This document shows positions 1 to 12,176 of a stretch of 64,000 nt of DNA, piece by piece; within the stretch, counting starts at the first letter, position 1; every line of letters begins with the position of its first letter. The notes beneath the pieces are model-generated. The model was not told the origin of the DNA. It saw only the letters and a list, made by a program, of their open reading frames with translations, and searched no databases. Origin of the DNA: Octopus sinensis (lineage: Eukaryota); NCBI RefSeq assembly GCF_006345805.1, contig NC_043006.1, positions 101,742,001 to 101,806,000 of the forward strand. Direction: 5' to 3'. A program made the translations under genes and the position numbers.

Positions 1-400
1 TGAGATCGTAGCCATGACCTATGCCAGTGTCACATAACCATCCCATTTAAGAGTACCCTTCAATCAATGGGCAATATGCTGTGCTTGAGAAGACCTGTTG
101 AATTAAGTGAAATCATTGTCATGGCTGGTGCCAGTACCACCTAACTGGCACCCATGCCAGTGGCATGTAAAAAGCACCATTCGAACGTGGTCGGTGCCAG
201 TCCCACTGGACTGGCTCCTGTGCTAATGGCACGTAAACTCTTGCCCAGTACACTCTTGGAGTGGTTGGCATTAGGAAGGGTATCCAGCTGTAGAAACCAT
301 GTCAGATCAGATTGAAGCCTGGTGCATATCCTGGCTTTGCCAGTCCTCAGTCAAACCGTCCATCCCATGCCAGTATGGGAAGCAGATGTTAAAGGATGAC
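1..400 (+). mobile_element. 3' end/UTR of an RTE-type retroelement (5'-truncated LINE or derived SINE)
   Basis: Contains the recurrent GAGTGGTTGGCATTAGGAAGGG..CCAGCTGTAGAAAC..CCCATGCCAG..GATGTTAAA.GATGA terminus found many times in the window. A short-repeat tail is typical of the RTE clade. Clade assignment is inference. Confidence 0.7.
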
Positions 401-402
401 GA

Positions 403-690
403 AACACTAGTGTCGGTGTAATTGACTAGTCCCCTCCTCCAAAATTTCAAGCCTTCTACCTTTAGTAGAAAGGATTATTATCATTATTATTAGAATCATT
501 GAAGCACTGGAAAAAATGCTTTATGGTATTTGTTGTGCTTTGAGTTTAAATCCCATTGAAACCAACTTTGCCCTTCATCCTTTTGGAGTCAGTTATTGGG
601 GTTGATTGTACTGACTAACCATCATCTTCCAAATTTCTGGTCTTGTGCCTGTATTAGAATCAGTAATATTATTCCTTTTATGTTTCTTGT
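403..690 (+). mobile_element. Two degenerate fragments of tRNA-derived SINE family B
   Basis: AACTTTGCCCTTCATCCTTTTGGAGTC and CCCCTCCTCCAAAATTTC..CCTTTAGTAGAAAGGATTATTA match the copies at 12773-13910. Confidence 0.6.
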
Positions 691-876
691 TTTACATCTC
701 ATAGAGTCAGGTTCAAATAAATCCCTCAGTTGTACTCAAGGAAGATACTTGATTGACAGCACTCTCTATAATATGTGGGTTGTTTCCAACAGGGAATTCT
801 TCTGGACTATGTACATATTGATGTTACGTGGGATTCAGTTTGTTAATTTTTCCGTTCGCTTTTCCATGAGTCCTCG

Positions 877-1290
877 TCATCATCATTATTTAACATCCGT
901 TTTCTATGCTGGCATGGGTTGGACGGTTTGATTGAAAACTGGTAAGCTGGAGAGCTGCACCAGGTTTCGATCTGATTGGTATGATTTCTACAGTTGGATG
1001 CCCTTCTTAACACCAACCTCTCCAAGAGTTTAGTGGATGTTTTGTACATGCCACCAGTGTGGGTGCCACTTATGAAACACCAGCATTGGCCACAACAACA
1101 ATCTCACTTGGTTTGACATTTCTTCTCAAGCACGGTATATTACCAAAGGTTTCGGTCACTTGTCTCTGGCACTGTGAGGCCCAAGATTCGAAGGGTGCTT
1201 TTTTATGTGCCACTGGAATGAGTGCCAGTTGCACAACACTGGCATCAGCCATGACTGTGATATCACTTGGCTTGACAGGTCTTCTGATAT
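877..1290 (-). mobile_element. RTE-type 3' end repeat, reverse orientation
   Basis: Reverse complement of the 1-400 family, beginning TCATCATCATTATTTAACATCCGTTTTCTATGCTGGCATGGGTTGGACGG. Confidence 0.75.
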
Positions 1291-2935
1291 TATTTGATAT
1301 TCCCATATTCCTCGTCCCATTGATTTTGATCTACAGGTGTTTGTACTTGGTCAGATTCTCTGTGTCTTTCACAGAAATATTTCTTTGAGATTCCATTGCC
1401 AGTGTCACATGTAGGTGCTGCTTGTTGTTCTTGTCCTCGATAACAATGCCAAGCATTTTGGCTTTTATCTTTTTCATCTCTGTAAATGAGCATGTCCCTG
1501 AGAAGGGTGACATCACCATTGTTGTTATGGCTATTATCACAGCAATGACCTTTTAGTATTTAGTTCCCTAAAACTAATTTTTTTCTTCCTTTAAGCCTTC
1601 AGGGTAGATCAAGTAAATTATCAGTCATGTACAGGAGTCAATCCAGTCAACTTTAGCACTTCTCTACAAATATATGATATTTGTACTAAAGTTAAAAATA
1701 TGAATTGCTGTGTGCACCACAACTTCCTCCTTTGTGGTCTGTTTGTTTATTTATTTGTTTTACAAGTTGCTTACACAAGAGAATTTATTGACATATCTCA
1801 ACACAGAGGTTGTGTTCATTGAAACATTGAAATACTTATTTCAAAGTATATTTGATCTTAATTTTAATCAAGTATGTGTCTTCCCTTGAGATCTAGAAAT
1901 GTCTATTTGTCACTTTACATCTTGTGCTTAAAACATTCGGGAAATGTTGAACCAAAGGAAAGAAAATTGTGTTGATATTTCTTTAGTGCTTTCTTTTTAT
2001 TTTTTTTTCTTCTCTTTTCAACATCATATTCTTTAGGTGGGTTTCTTCATGTTTTGACTCTTTTTTTTTGTTTCCATTCATTAGGGTAAGTTGGAGAACT
2101 TGAGTGAAAATATAATAGAAAATAGGAACTATGTATATAGGGCTAGTTGATAACTGGGACAAACAGAAAGAGTCTGAATATTATTAGTGAAAAGATGAAA
2201 ATACCTGAGTAGAAGGATCCAGTTTTGGAATGAGATGATTGTGTGGTTGTTATTCAGCCCCAAGTCAACTCTGATTAAATAGATATATGAACAAATGCAC
2301 TCCAGTCATGACCACCACATCTTTTTTACATGTGCTGGAAACCCCAGACCACATTATCCACCACCCCCATCCATTTTTAATGGCAATAAGCCTGTGAATA
2401 GAAGGAAATTTAGCTGTTATTTCAAGCAAATTCAGTGACCACATAGAGATTCCCTCAAAAAGTGAGTCTTTTGGAATGGAAGAAAAAATGTGTATGAAAC
2501 ATGCAAAAACTGGCAAATCCAGAGGAATAGTCTATTACTGTAATAGGGGGAGTGACTAGGTCTGAAGTGATGCTCCAGAAGTATTATGGTTGGAAAATTG
2601 GTTTCTGTGTTTAAAGTTCTTACAAAAACAACAACACTTACCATAATCTAAAGAGAAAATATTGTTGATGTTTTATTCCTGTTTTTTTTTTGTTTGTTTT
2701 TGCTTTGTTTTGTTTTGGTAATAGATGTAAACTTAATTTATTGCTTTAATAACTCCTTTGATGATTTTTAGTGATATAATGATATTTACTTTAGAAAAGC
2801 TCATTGGAGGATTGTTCCATAGAATCTGCTCAACTGGATCTGACCCAACCACAAACACACTCAAACACAAACTTAACTCTATCAAAAGTAGCTACTGCAT
2901 TTTCCCAGTAAAATACCACATTACTTCATTTTAAC

Positions 2936-2938
<3 letters not shown>

Positions 2939-2979
<41 letters not shown>

Positions 2980-2986
2980 CACACAC
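2939..2986. repeat. (CA)n microsatellite
   Basis: Near-perfect AC dinucleotide run with one G interruption. Confidence 0.95.
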
Positions 2987-4241
2987 TGTATTTTTCAGTA
3001 TTTACACCCGATTTGCTAGCAAAAAAATTTCTCATCCATTTTATAAGATAAGAATTTTTGTTTTACTTTTCTTCTTTACCACTCTGCTGGCAAATGTTTA
3101 GAAGAGGTAAACGTTCAAGGAACTCTTCCCAAAATCATATGCCACTTGAAATTCTCATCTTTCAATGGAAAAAAACATTTTGGTAATCTAGTGTCTTATC
3201 TGAGGCTATTATCTTCTGCACACTTGCTTTCAGTCTATTTTGCATGACTTTTTTTTATTTCTTCTTCTTTATGTTTTTTTCTTATGGGGTATACTCTTAC
3301 AGACACTTCTGGAAAGTTTTCAAATCGATGCCAATTTTTTCCTACATTGTTTTCACTATGGAATTGAACCGATTTCCTTGCTGATATACATCCTATAAGT
3401 TGTTCGATTCTTTATCAGTTACAGATCTGCAATCATTTAGAAATTATTATTATTATTATTATATTTTATGTTTTATGAGGGCTACTACAGTAGTGTGTGG
3501 GTTAAGCTTGTTTATTGTATTTATACTGCAAACTTACTCAATTCCCTGACTGTTTTCCTTATGTCGTTTATTCTTTTGGGAAATACTTCAATGTCTTAAC
3601 TTCCCATTCACTAATAAAAGCAATGAGATTTCAGATGGTTCAACTGGAAGGGTATCGAACGGCCAGCTTATTTGTTTGGTGATCCTCTCCTATCGTGGGT
3701 CCTGTAATGTGTCTATAGCCAAAACACTTATTTCTCGGTAGGCTCAGTCTGTCTAGCTGAAAGTAGACATCCAGTGTTGTGTAATTTACCTCTAAATTCG
3801 ATAACAAACATTTAACATTTTTCTGCAAGTGTCATGTTACAAAAGATTAAACTGAACTTCAATCACATCACTCTGCATGATCACTTTTTCTTTTTCTTTG
3901 TTTACTTAATTTATTTATTTTCTTTTTTTACTCTTAATAAACACAATCATCACATTTATCTAGTTTTCTTTCCTTGTATGCTTTAATTGTACCAAATCAA
4001 ACAGTTCTTCATTCGTTTAATCTGTTAGTAATAGTTTGTTATTGTGTATTGTTATGTATGGTTTGGAATGTTCTGTTAATTCAATTAGTTGCACAAAGTG
4101 CTAAAGTAAGCGTATCATAGAAATGCACACTTTTAAATGCTGATTTCTCAAGATTTGAATTTGTTACATTCTGCTTATAGCGATGCCTTACTGAAGAGTG
4201 TGCAATACAAGAAATAAAATTAATAGAGATAAAAATTGAAT

Positions 4242-4314
4242 ACTGAAATTTCACACTGTCGTTGCTCAAAGTTTCGCATTAACTATTTATGCTACAACAG
4301 TGTGAAATTTCAGT
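4242..4314. other. Isolated 24-bp-stem hairpin (pre-miRNA-like or miniature inverted-repeat element)
   Basis: ACTGAAATTTCACACTGTCGTTGC (4242-4265) is complementary to GCTACAACAGTGTGAAATTTCAGT (4291-4314), with 18 contiguous perfect pairs, 2 mismatches and a 25-nt loop. The hairpin is directly seen; its function is unknown. Confidence 0.6.
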
Positions 4315-4464
4315 GTCTAATTATTATTCTGTATGTATGCAGGCATAGCCAAGGGGTTAAGAATTTCCCCTTGCAATTCGGTGGTCAGAGGTTCAGTTCT
4401 ACTGTAAAACTTCTTGAGCAAGGCAGAGTGAAATTTTGTAGGTGAAAGTATGTGATAGTCCATA

Positions 4465-4865
4465 GGCGCAGGAGTGGCTGTGTGGTAAGTAGCTTGCTAA
4501 CCAACCACATGGTTCCGGGTTCAGTCCCACTGCGTGGCATCTTGGGCAAGTGTCTTCTGCTATAGCCCCGGGCCGACCAATGCCTTGTGAGTGGATTTGG
4601 TAGACGGAAACTGAAAGAAGCCTGTCGTATATATGTATATGTATATATATATGTGTGTCTGTGTTTGTCCCCCTAGCATTGCATGACAGCCGATGCTGGT
4701 GTGTTTACGTCCCTATCACTTAGTGGTTCGGCAAAAGAGACTGATAGAATAAGTACTGGGCTTACAAAAGAATAAGTCCCGGGGTCGAGTTGCTCGACTA
4801 AAGGCGGTGCTCCAGCATGGCCGCAGTCAAATGACTGTAACAAGTAAAAGAGAGTAAAGAGTAAA
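4465..4865 (+). mobile_element. Full-length young tRNA-derived SINE, family A (Octopus OR/OK-type; exact family name not verified)
   Basis: A-box-like TGGCTGTGTGG, B-box-like GGTTCAGTCCC, central (TA/TG) tract, 3' domain ending AAAGGCGGTGCTCCAGCATGGCCGCAGTCAAATGACTG..(AAGAGTA)n. CpGs are largely intact. Confidence 0.9.
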
Positions 4866-5074
4866 TGGATTGTAGTTGTAATTCAAGGGCAAGCCTTGTC
4901 ATATATAGTACCACACTGATTCACCACCTTAAAATGGAGAAATATCAGCTTACCTGCAGACAATTCAACCATGGAAAATCTGCCTCTTAGAATTCTGTCT
5001 GATCCATGCAACCATGGGTCAATGAGTATTAAAATGACAATAATGGTGATGGTGATAATGATGCTGAGGATATC

Positions 5075-5240
5075 TTTTGTTTTTTACTTGTTTCAGATAT
5101 TAGAATGTGGCCCAGCTAGGGCACTGCCTTAAAGGGTTTAGCTGAACAAATTGACCCTAACACTTCTATTTTATGGCTTGATACTTGTTCTATCAGTTGC
5201 TTTTGCCAAATTTCTAAGTTGCAGGGATGCAAACAAACCA
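5075..5240 (-). mobile_element. SINE 3'-domain fragment, reverse orientation
   Basis: TTTTTACTTGTTTCAG..TGTGGCC..GGGCACTGCCTT is the reverse complement of the family A tail. Confidence 0.65.
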
Positions 5241-5354
5241 ACCACCATTTACCAATAAGTGATGGTGATGGTGATGGTGGTGGTGGTGAAACAAATAAAG
5301 ACACACACACACACACCACACACACACACACATATGCGCACACACCTACATATA

Positions 5355-6238
5355 CGGGTGGCCTAGAAGTTATGAAGGGATTTCAGTATTTAATACCTCA
5401 TTTATTTTGTTTAAAAATTTTGATATTTTAGTAGTTAAGTTATAGAAAAAGGAGTTGTGAAGGAGGACATCGTTTAAATGGCATCCATTTTCCAATTTGC
5501 ATAAACATTCTCTTTCTAAGGCGTTTTCCATAACAGCCCTTAATGCTTGTGGCTTCAGTGGTCTTATTTCTGTTCTAATATTAATTTTAAGATCTGTAAT
5601 TGTTCGTCACTTGTTGACATAAACTTTTTCCTTAAGATATCCCCATAGAAAAAAGTCTGGAGTGGTTAGATCTGGAGAACAAGATGGATCATCTCTTACC
5701 AATTGTTGGAATCTTATGGCATATTGTAATCTAAGCAGCATAATCTGATTCTTTCAGTTGTTACACCAACTGGATTTTATATGGAAAAAGGTTCATTTAA
5801 AAAAAATTCGTTGGAGTGATGTCATGCAGGCTCCATCTTGTCCAGAGTGTCTTCACAATCATGCTGTCAGGTCTTCTTCAATACTCTCCCTCACACACCT
5901 GACCATGGCTTCATTTCTAACATGGTGAGCTTTGCCTATTCTTGGAAGGTTACTTACTGATCCTTGATCCTCAAAATAACCAATTAATTGCCTGAACTTT
6001 GGTTCACTTGGACAATTCATTGTTCCATAATGACGATGATATGCTCATTGAATCTGAATTATTGATCCTTCGTTTTGGTAATAAAATTTCACAATATATG
6101 TTCACTGTTCAGTAGTGTACTATTCTATGCTTAAATTTTAGGGTTTTCTTCAAATAAATCTGAAATATAATAAAAATTAGATAATTATTCAAAAAGATAT
6201 TAAATATTGAAAATCCTTCATGACTTCTAGCCACCCTG
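5355..6238 (-). mobile_element. Internally deleted Tc1/mariner DNA transposon with transposase pseudogene
   Basis: Imperfect ~30-bp TIRs (CGGGTGGCCTAGAAGTTATGAAGGGATTTC / GAAAATCCTTCATGACTTCTAGCCACCCTG) with TA on both flanks. The minus strand gives GQDGA and PSCSPDLTTPDFFLWGYLKEKVYVNK*RTITDLK (from 5687 downward), matching the QQDGAPxH and WPPRSPDL..DFFLWGYLK motifs. Stops are present. Confidence 0.9.
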
Positions 6239-6264
6239 TATGTGTGTGTATATATATACATGTA

Positions 6265-6435
6265 TGTACGACAAGCTTCTTTCAGTTTCCATCTAACAAA
6301 TCCACTCACATGGTTTTGGTCAGCCTGTGGCTATAGTAGATGCCACTTGCTCAAGGTACCACACAGTATGACTGTTCCCAGAACCATGTGATTAGGAAGT
6401 AAACTTCTTATGATACAGCCATGCTTGTGCCTATA
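6265..6435 (-). mobile_element. SINE family A head, reverse orientation
   Basis: Reverse complement of the head (..CTTCTTTCAGTTTCCATCTAACAAATCCACTCACA..CCCAGAACCATGTG..ACAGCC). Confidence 0.8.
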
Positions 6436-6544
6436 TATGTGTATGTGTATGCTCTTGAGTGTATGTGCGTGCTAGCATGTGTGAGGAATTTTTTAAAATT
6501 CAGCTTATCTTTACAGAACGATCAATTCCCTCTCTAATATTGTT

Positions 6545-6735
6545 TTCAAATATTGACACAGGGCCAGCAATTTCAGGGAGGGAGTAAGTCAATTATATCA
6601 TCACCAGTGATTAACTGGTACTTATTTTATTGACCCCGAAAGGACAAAAGGCAAAGTGCATCTTGGTGGAGTTTGAACTCAGACTGCAAAGACGGACAAA
6701 AAGCTGCAAAGCATTTTGTCCAGTGTGCTAACAAT
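6545..6735 (-). mobile_element. SINE family B, reverse orientation
   Basis: GGTACTTATTTTATTGACCCCGAAAGGACAAAAGGCAAAGT..TTTGAACTCAGA..GCTAACAATGCTGCCAG is the reverse complement of family B. Confidence 0.8.
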
Positions 6736-7740
6736 GCTGCCAGTTCTATATTTAAGTGATGAGGAATTATGTACATTATTTACTACAAACAAGAAGAGGA
6801 CAAATGTAAATAGCTCTGCCAGCTCATCACCTTAATACCTTCTCTAATGTTAACTAACGAAAAGTACAGTTGCAATGGTAGTATTTATTTTAGCTGTTCA
6901 GGCTAACACCAGTAACGTTACAAAATCTATCACCTGAGCAAATAATATAAGGATTAGGCAAGGTTGAGCTTATTATAGAGGTGAACATTATCTCCTCTCT
7001 TTCTCTCTCAAGGGAAGAAGAAACGATGGGAAGACAGAGCTAAGAGAGAGATAATCACTGCTATAAAAATCTATTGACTGTTGTCCATCAAATCTACTTA
7101 GTGTGCCTTTGTTATCTTTTGCTCAGAAACTGTACCCTCCATTAGATATAAGTTTAGCACAAACATGTGCCCACACACAAGCAGATACAATTTCCTGTTG
7201 GCTGTCTCAGATATTTCCAATTTTTTCTGTCTGAAGTGAGGATCAATAAAGAATGTGATTATTCTTGGACATCTTCACTCCTTCGGCTGCCAAACAGTTA
7301 TGTACTTGTCATTTCTCCTTTATATCATACATTAAAATTTGAACAAATATTCATCGGTTTGGATATATCATTTCTTGCTTAAACTACAACTAAATCGAAT
7401 AGAATCAACAAACACATTTCCTATTTCATACTCTGTTTTTTTCTCTCATACTACCACTGTTGTTAGTGCTTTGATGATACTCTTTTGTTGTTAATAAGCA
7501 AAAGCTACTAAAATGGTATCAATAGTAGAAAATCTGGCTAGTTTTTTTTTATTTCTCTCTCTCGTTTTTTATAAGTTCTGTTCATGTTTTTCATGTCCAC
7601 GGTCTCTTCACATTCACCTCCCCAATTTCTATGCAATATATCACAGTATTGTTGAGTGCTGAATCAGTTAATTTTTCTCTTCAATTAAATACGAGTGTTT
7701 TTGAGATACTAGAGAACCATGTTACAAATATAATTTAGAG

Positions 7741-8135
7741 CAGTGTCTTGGTCCATGGACTGGTATCATGCAAAACAGTTATTTCCATGGATCAGGGGAT
7801 CATGTTCATAACAAAATTAAAGTGAATTATTTAATTATTACACCAAGAATGGTTTCAAATGTTGGCACAGTGCCAGCAGTGTTTGAGGGAAGGGGAAGTC
7901 AATTACATCGATCCTTGTACTTGATTGTTACTTATTTAATCAACTCCAAATGGATGAAAGGCAAGGTCAACAGCAGAATTAGAACTCAGAATGTAAAGAT
8001 GAACAAAATGCTTAACATTTTGTTTGGTGTATGAACAGTTCTGTCAGCTTGCCATCTCAGTTATTATTGCATATATAATACAAATGCAATTATATCGAAC
8101 ATTATTCATTTTATTTCTACTACTATTAAATTGAA

Positions 8136-8173
<38 letters not shown>

Positions 8174-8252
8174 TTATTCTTTTTGTGTGTCTCTGTACCA
8201 AATGATCCATGGGCTGGTACTGGTCTATGGCCTGGTGTTTGGGCAACCCCTG
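7741..8252 (-). mobile_element. hAT-superfamily (Charlie/MER1-like) non-autonomous element with nested SINE fragment and (TA)n
   Basis: The minus-strand start CAGGGGTTGCCCAAACACCAGGCCATAGACCAGTACC resembles Charlie-type termini, and the other end is CAGTG. 8-bp flanks ATTTAGAG (7733-7740) and CTTTAGAG (8253-8260) fit an hAT NTNTANAN target duplication. Confidence 0.7.
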
Positions 8253-8746
8253 CTTTAGAGATCTTGGCCAGTGTCATGAAGTCCTCATTTCCAATCCCAT
8301 TAGAAATAACTGAATCTTTTTCATTTCCTTTCTTTGTGACAATAGAAGTGACATGTCTTCCCCAAGTAAGCTCCTTCTTTTACTAGTAGCCATATATAAC
8401 CACATAACTGTGCAGCTTAAATGTTTTATTTATTCTATCTGTTTTGGGGATGCATCATTTTGTGTTGAAGCCTGAGTACCAGTAATCATACTGTTTTAAC
8501 AGGTTGACTCTATGCCTGCCTTGCATGAAATTCTAAAAACCTCAGAAAACAAATTAATGTTTTAAACTTACACTGATTTTGTTTATTTTAATTTAATTTC
8601 ATTTTTATTTTGCCTATATTTTATTAGTTTATTTTGGTTTATTTTAGAAAATACTACATATTTATTTTAGTTTCTCATTGTAATTTATGCTTTTTTAAAT
8701 AATTTTCTTTCCTAAAATATCCTTCATATACATTCTTGCATAGCTC

Positions 8747-8749
<3 letters not shown>

Positions 8750-8800
<51 letters not shown>

Positions 8801-8845
8801 ATATATATGTGTGTATGTATATGTGTGTGTATATATATATATATA

Positions 8846-8897
<52 letters not shown>
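8750..8897. repeat. Compound (TA)n/(TG)n microsatellite
   Basis: Directly visible. It explains the IYIY ORFs at 8675-8995. Confidence 0.95.
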
Positions 8898-8900
<3 letters not shown>

Positions 8901-10051
8901 CATTTATTCATTCATTTATACCTTCTTTGCCTTCTTGCTATTTACTGTTTGAAGAGGAAGATATGAAGATATTTGATATGAAGTTTCTCAGATGAGCAAG
9001 ATTCAAATCTGGTAGAAGATGACTTGAGCAAAATGCTATTGCTGTTTTATTTTAATGTTGATAATATTTAACAGAAATAAAAGAAAAAAAAAGAAATTCA
9101 ATAAAATTCAAAACTAAGTCATATATTCCTGGGATTACAAATATATAAATACAACAGGATCCTCACCCACCCCTGCAACAAATAAAAAAAAATTAACTAA
9201 CCACCCTCCAAAGTAAAAAAAAATGAACAAAAGAAAATATCTATATTTGACATTCATATCCAAATCTTAGTTGGGTATTGGTAAGATTCCTGTGATGGCA
9301 AAATACTTGTTGTTGTATTTGCAGACGAAAAGTTCATTGAAAGTGGTCAGTCTTGCAATTGCATCCTACTAGATCTGGCAACTTATTACTGCTGTTTGCA
9401 GCATTTTGTATGGAAGCTTTCACAGTGAGGTTAGTTCTGCAACAATATTATCTGCAACTCTTTCAATACACCGCTTCGTTAAGTCCAAAGCAGTCATCCT
9501 CTCTATATATTATATTCTGGTGCCATTTGTATTGTTTTTTCTTTGAACCTTTTTGTTGCTATTTATGATATTTTTGTGGTTGCTATTTTTCTGGTTATTT
9601 TATTATTTACATAATTTTTATTTTTACTCGTATTAGTGGTTGGTGTTTCCGTTCTGTTTTATTTTATTTCTTTAACTATATTCATATTGTGTAAAATTGA
9701 AAAGATAGAAACAACTTTTTGGAGTATCTCAAACAGCCTCTATCCCGAAGTGAATATATTGAATATTTCTTGAAATACACTCATGCATTTGTGCATGCAC
9801 ACACTCACATCCTTCCTATAGCTATTGTGTTTTCACTCTGGGCAAAGCTCATAACTCTGTTTGCTCCAGTTTATGCAACTGAAAATAACAGATTTCTCTT
9901 CTCTCTCTGGCTTCATGGTTGAGTGGTTAACTATAGGAAGGACATCCAATAACTCCAGGAAGAAATAATCACATCCATGCTAGTATGAGAAAACAGACCT
10001 AAACCATTATTACATACCTATAATATGTATGTGTGTATATATATGTATATA

Positions 10052-10091
<40 letters not shown>

Positions 10092-12124
10092 CACACACTT
10101 GTGTGTGCATGCATGAGCATGTGTGTTTGTGTGTAAAGAGACTGGTTTGTTTCATGCTGTTCTATTATTTACATTGTAATATGGTTGTCATATTCTGCCT
10201 ATGTTAAAAGATGTTCACATCGGAATTATTTTGTTTGGGTTTTTTTTTCCTACAAACGAAATTTTGTTTTACTGCTTGCATTAATCTGTGTGCTGCACAT
10301 AGAAACGCGCATGTGCACACTTTGCTTGGTGTTGTGGATGTAATTTTTCTTGATATTTTTCTCCATAAATTATTTACAATTGACATTTTTGTGGAGTAAA
10401 CGATGTACTGTAATCATTAAGTATAACCATTTCTGCAGGTTCTGTGCAAAAAGACATGTTAGTGTGTGTGTGTGTGTGAAAGAGAGAGAGCATGCATGTA
10501 CCTGTGTGTGAGTGAGCACAAGTGTTCCTGTGTATGTGATTGGTTATTGTATTTATGAAATGACACTTGTGAATTTAGTTATAAAAATATATCTCTTTTT
10601 CCTTGTTGCTTCCTTGCACACCATTTTTTGTTTTGAGAACAAACATATTTAAGCAGAATATACTATATTCAAGGATGCAGTATATTCATAATTATACTTT
10701 GAGTATTTTTACTAGCTACTGGTGCTGCTTAAATCCATGGTTCTGAAAACTTAGGAGCTACTTCTCTCCTATGAAAAGCTACAGATTGTATCTCACTCAT
10801 ATACACCATATTTAGCTTTGTCTGGATGCCATACCTAATGCCAACCACCTTACAGAGTGTACCTGGTGTGTTGTCCACAACAAGCCTGAAGAAACACTTC
10901 TGTGATGTCCCCATTCATTTGCCACCCACTTTATAGAATGTACTGGATGTATTTTCTCATGACACCAGCACTAGAGAGGTTGTTTTGTGCCTGGCAAGAC
11001 CAAAAGCATTTACCTGTCCTTTGTTGCCTCTTTCTATTTAAGACATCTGACTGAAAGTAGAGAGAAGAGAGATCGTGAGAGGAAACAGAGTGAAAGTGAT
11101 GAAAGGTGATAGAGGAAATAATAATGGCTGCTATGGGCAGCTACATAGTGGTTTTTGGTAAGGAGGTTGTACAGAATAGAAAATCTGTATGACATGGAAG
11201 TGGGAGCAATAAGGACACAGGGTTATGAGACAGGATAAATTAGGACTAGAAAAGAGTAATAAAGAGCAATAAAAATGGGTGATGGTAAGCAATGCTATTC
11301 ACCTGATGGCAGAAGGGTCTTGTCTTTATTGTCATTTAACATCCATGTTCCAAACTGGCATGGGTTGGACAATTTCCCAGGAACAGATGTGTCCAAGGAC
11401 TGCATCAAGCTACAATGTTTGCTTTGGGATGACTTTTATAGCTGGATGCTCTTCCTACTTATAAAATTTTAGTCTTTGCTTAGTTTATCTTATCCTAGAC
11501 TTTTGTTGTTAGATGTGGAATTTCTCTAAATCTTCTCCACATTCAGCTTTACAAATTTGGTCATCATTATAAAGTGGTTCCAAAAAATAGCTGGTCTTGT
11601 TATGGCTTGGAGGAATATAGTAAATTGGAAATGGCTAAGAACTGGACCATTATCTTCATGTTAGATTCTTCATTGACTTCACCTCTGTTCATAGCTTATA
11701 TGACCTTAACATGTCATTTGTTGACCTTTGTTTTCTTTAGTGGTCCCAGGTTACAAGTCAGTAACCCTGTCAAACATATTCTTCAGGTCAGTGAATGCTA
11801 GACATTAGGGTTTATTCCTAGCTAAGTAATTCTTCTTCTGTAGTCTCATGAGGAATAAGGAACTGATGTTACCATTTTCTGACTCTAAGTTACTCTCTCT
11901 CTCTCTTTCTCTCACACACACATACACATGTGCATGTATATACATACATATTTGTATATATGAATATGCACACATTTTTATATCAAATAGTTACTCTTAT
12001 CTTGCTGGTTCTTTCAGACTTAGGCTAGAATGCAACTCTATTTTTTTGTATTGAGCTCTGTATCAGTTAATGTTTTAATCACTGTCTACCACCAAAAACA
12101 CATGTGTTAAACATTTATGCATTA

Positions 12125-12176
<52 letters not shown>

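Noticed and set aside
3635-3740. Acceptor-like CAG followed by WFNWKGIERPAYLFGDPLLSWVL*
   Set aside because: It looks protein-like, but I cannot match it to any family, it has no supported partner exons and the acceptor is weak.
4465-4540. tRNA-like A/B boxes in SINE heads
   Set aside because: They are embedded in dispersed repeat copies and do not fold into a full cloverleaf, so they are not tRNA genes.
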